From Haliotis rubra (lineage: Eukaryota), in contig NW_025767734.1 in the NCBI RefSeq assembly GCF_003918875.1, positions 372,001 to 436,000 on the forward strand: 64,000 bases of DNA, written 5' to 3'. The notes under the pieces are model-generated. The model had not been told where the DNA came from. It searched no databases and saw nothing but the letters and a program-made list of their open reading frames with translations. How positions within the stretch are numbered: position 1 is the first letter of the stretch; each line of letters begins with the position of its first letter. The position numbers were made by a program, and so were the translations under genes. Shown piece by piece: positions 62,463 through 64,000 of this stretch.

Positions 62463-64000
62463 ATGGCGTCCAACATTCAAGTGGATCCTGTGTTGAATGC
62501 TTTGAACGGAAAAGGTCGTTACCAGATACTACAGTTTTTCCTCTGTAAAACATCCACTGTTTCTTCAGCAGTTGTTATATTCGCCTTTGTTTTTGTAGGT
62601 AAGTAACATTTTTATCTAGAGATATGATCTGTGACAGTCATGAATTGTGTACTGTTCCAAGTTTCTGTATTTGAGCTTTTTGATGCGATCTTCGAGTGTG
62701 TGAAGAGGCTTTTACGCCTGCATTGGGCAGTATTTGGGTTATACTACGAAGCGTCACTGGTAAGGAGGAAGTTCTGGAGAATTTTGGAACCCTGACATAA
62801 CAAGCGAAAGTGTCACAGTCAGGGGACGTAGATCTCCTCTCGGTCATTGTATGGCTTTTCGTAAAACAAACAGAACATACTACCTGGAGAAATGTCAAAA
62901 TGTGTACAGTTCGAGAAGCACAGTGATTTTATGTTACTTCTGAAAATGTAAATAATAGGTGATTACTTTTTTAAAATGCAGACAAGTTTTACTTTCGTCA
63001 TGAATTAAAACAAATCATCTTTAGCCTGGATGGCTTGTTAGACACAACCTTAAAGGTGTTTGACGTGTTTTGTGAGTTCCATGTACAATTTAAAAGTCGT
63101 TTTTCATCCACGATATAGTCAGAATATCGAATATGGATGTTTCATACATTGCATTTGAGATGCTTAGATGAATGTTTGAATGCCATAATGTTTACGTATG
63201 TAAATATGTCATATATACTTGTTGTGTTTAGGGTGTTTGAGTATGTAGGGTAGTCTTTTACATTAAGAAACTATTACTTAATTACGAAGCACAGTCCACA
63301 TATGTCCATGAAAAGAGAGAAGTGTAGACAAACCAATCATCATACTCACACCTCAGAAAACTCTTTGCCTGGTTAGAAAAGCATTTGTGTTCAAGTGATT
63401 GATGCTGTAGGCGAATAGACAAGCCTTGCTTCAGTTTCCTTGAAGCTCTTGAGTAAAGCCTTTTATGGGATATTTTCATAAAGTCGTCTGAGGCAATGCA
63501 ATTCGCTGAGTTGGAGCCCTTTGACACACCTGAAACCTTTTGGTTCGAATCTCATTTCGCCCCACTTATGTAATAGGTTGTCAGCACCATACCCGTACTC
63601 ATGGGTTTGGCCAAGGTGGTAAAACCACCTGCCGCACCTTGGGGTTTACTCCCACAAAAAGCCAACCCTTCATGATGTAACTGGAATACTGTTTAATGCG
63701 ACATGAAATATAACTCGCATTTGAAAATGTGTTACTACATCACTGTCATTAATGAGGTATTAAACAAGCCAGTTAAATATAATCGGAAACTTTCAGGGAA
63801 ACATATTCCGCATGTCTGCGATAAGGCTGGCAACATGTCTGAAATCATCACAGCCATTGACGACGACAGCTTCACCATCAATAACAGCAACATCTATTAC
63901 GACAAGTGTAACATCAGAGTCACGGCAAACATCAGTGGTGTCACTGAGACGAAGCAGCTACCATGTCTGTTTGGTTACAGTTTTGCTGAAAGAAAGGACC
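62463..64000 (+). CDS. SLC22-family gene, copy E, exons 1-2 (continues beyond window)
   Basis: Exon 1 62463-62598 MASNIQVDPVLNALNGKGRYQILQFFLC...FVFVG with G|GTAAGT. Exon 2 from 63797 (tttcag|GG) KHIPHVCDKAGNMSEII...IYYDKCNIRVTANISG...LPCLFGYSF, homologous to exon 2 of A/C/D. Confidence 0.87.

Overview
Eukaryotic, repeat-rich genomic DNA, most likely from a gastropod mollusc (abalone-like; inferred from the SINE/LINE families, not proven). The window holds a same-strand tandem array of five SLC22 (organic cation/anion/carnitine, MFS) transporter paralogues sharing one 10-exon architecture. Copy A (6049-15630, 565 aa), copy C (33605-42270, 565 aa) and copy D (48823-55482, 563 aa) are intact. 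Copy B is a pseudogene retaining exons 6-9 (24265-27146), and copy E (62463-end) runs off the window. A and C lie in a segmental duplication (~4876-22626 vs ~32190-48722) that includes an (ACACCT)n tract and an 85-bp minisatellite. Introns and spacers carry many mobile elements: a decayed Bel/Pao LTR element, a near full-length RNase H-bearing I-group (Nimb-like) LINE, LINE 3' fragments, Tc1 remnants, a Crypton remnant, MITEs and about five SINE families. Most notable: a SINE family with no tRNA head that starts with a covarying pseudoknot (candidate ribozyme-like RNA), exon-restricted gene conversion between diverged paralogues, a minisatellite that multiplies a 5' splice donor, and a TM8 Glu-to-Lys charge reversal in copy D. 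All annotation was done by eye; no searches were run.
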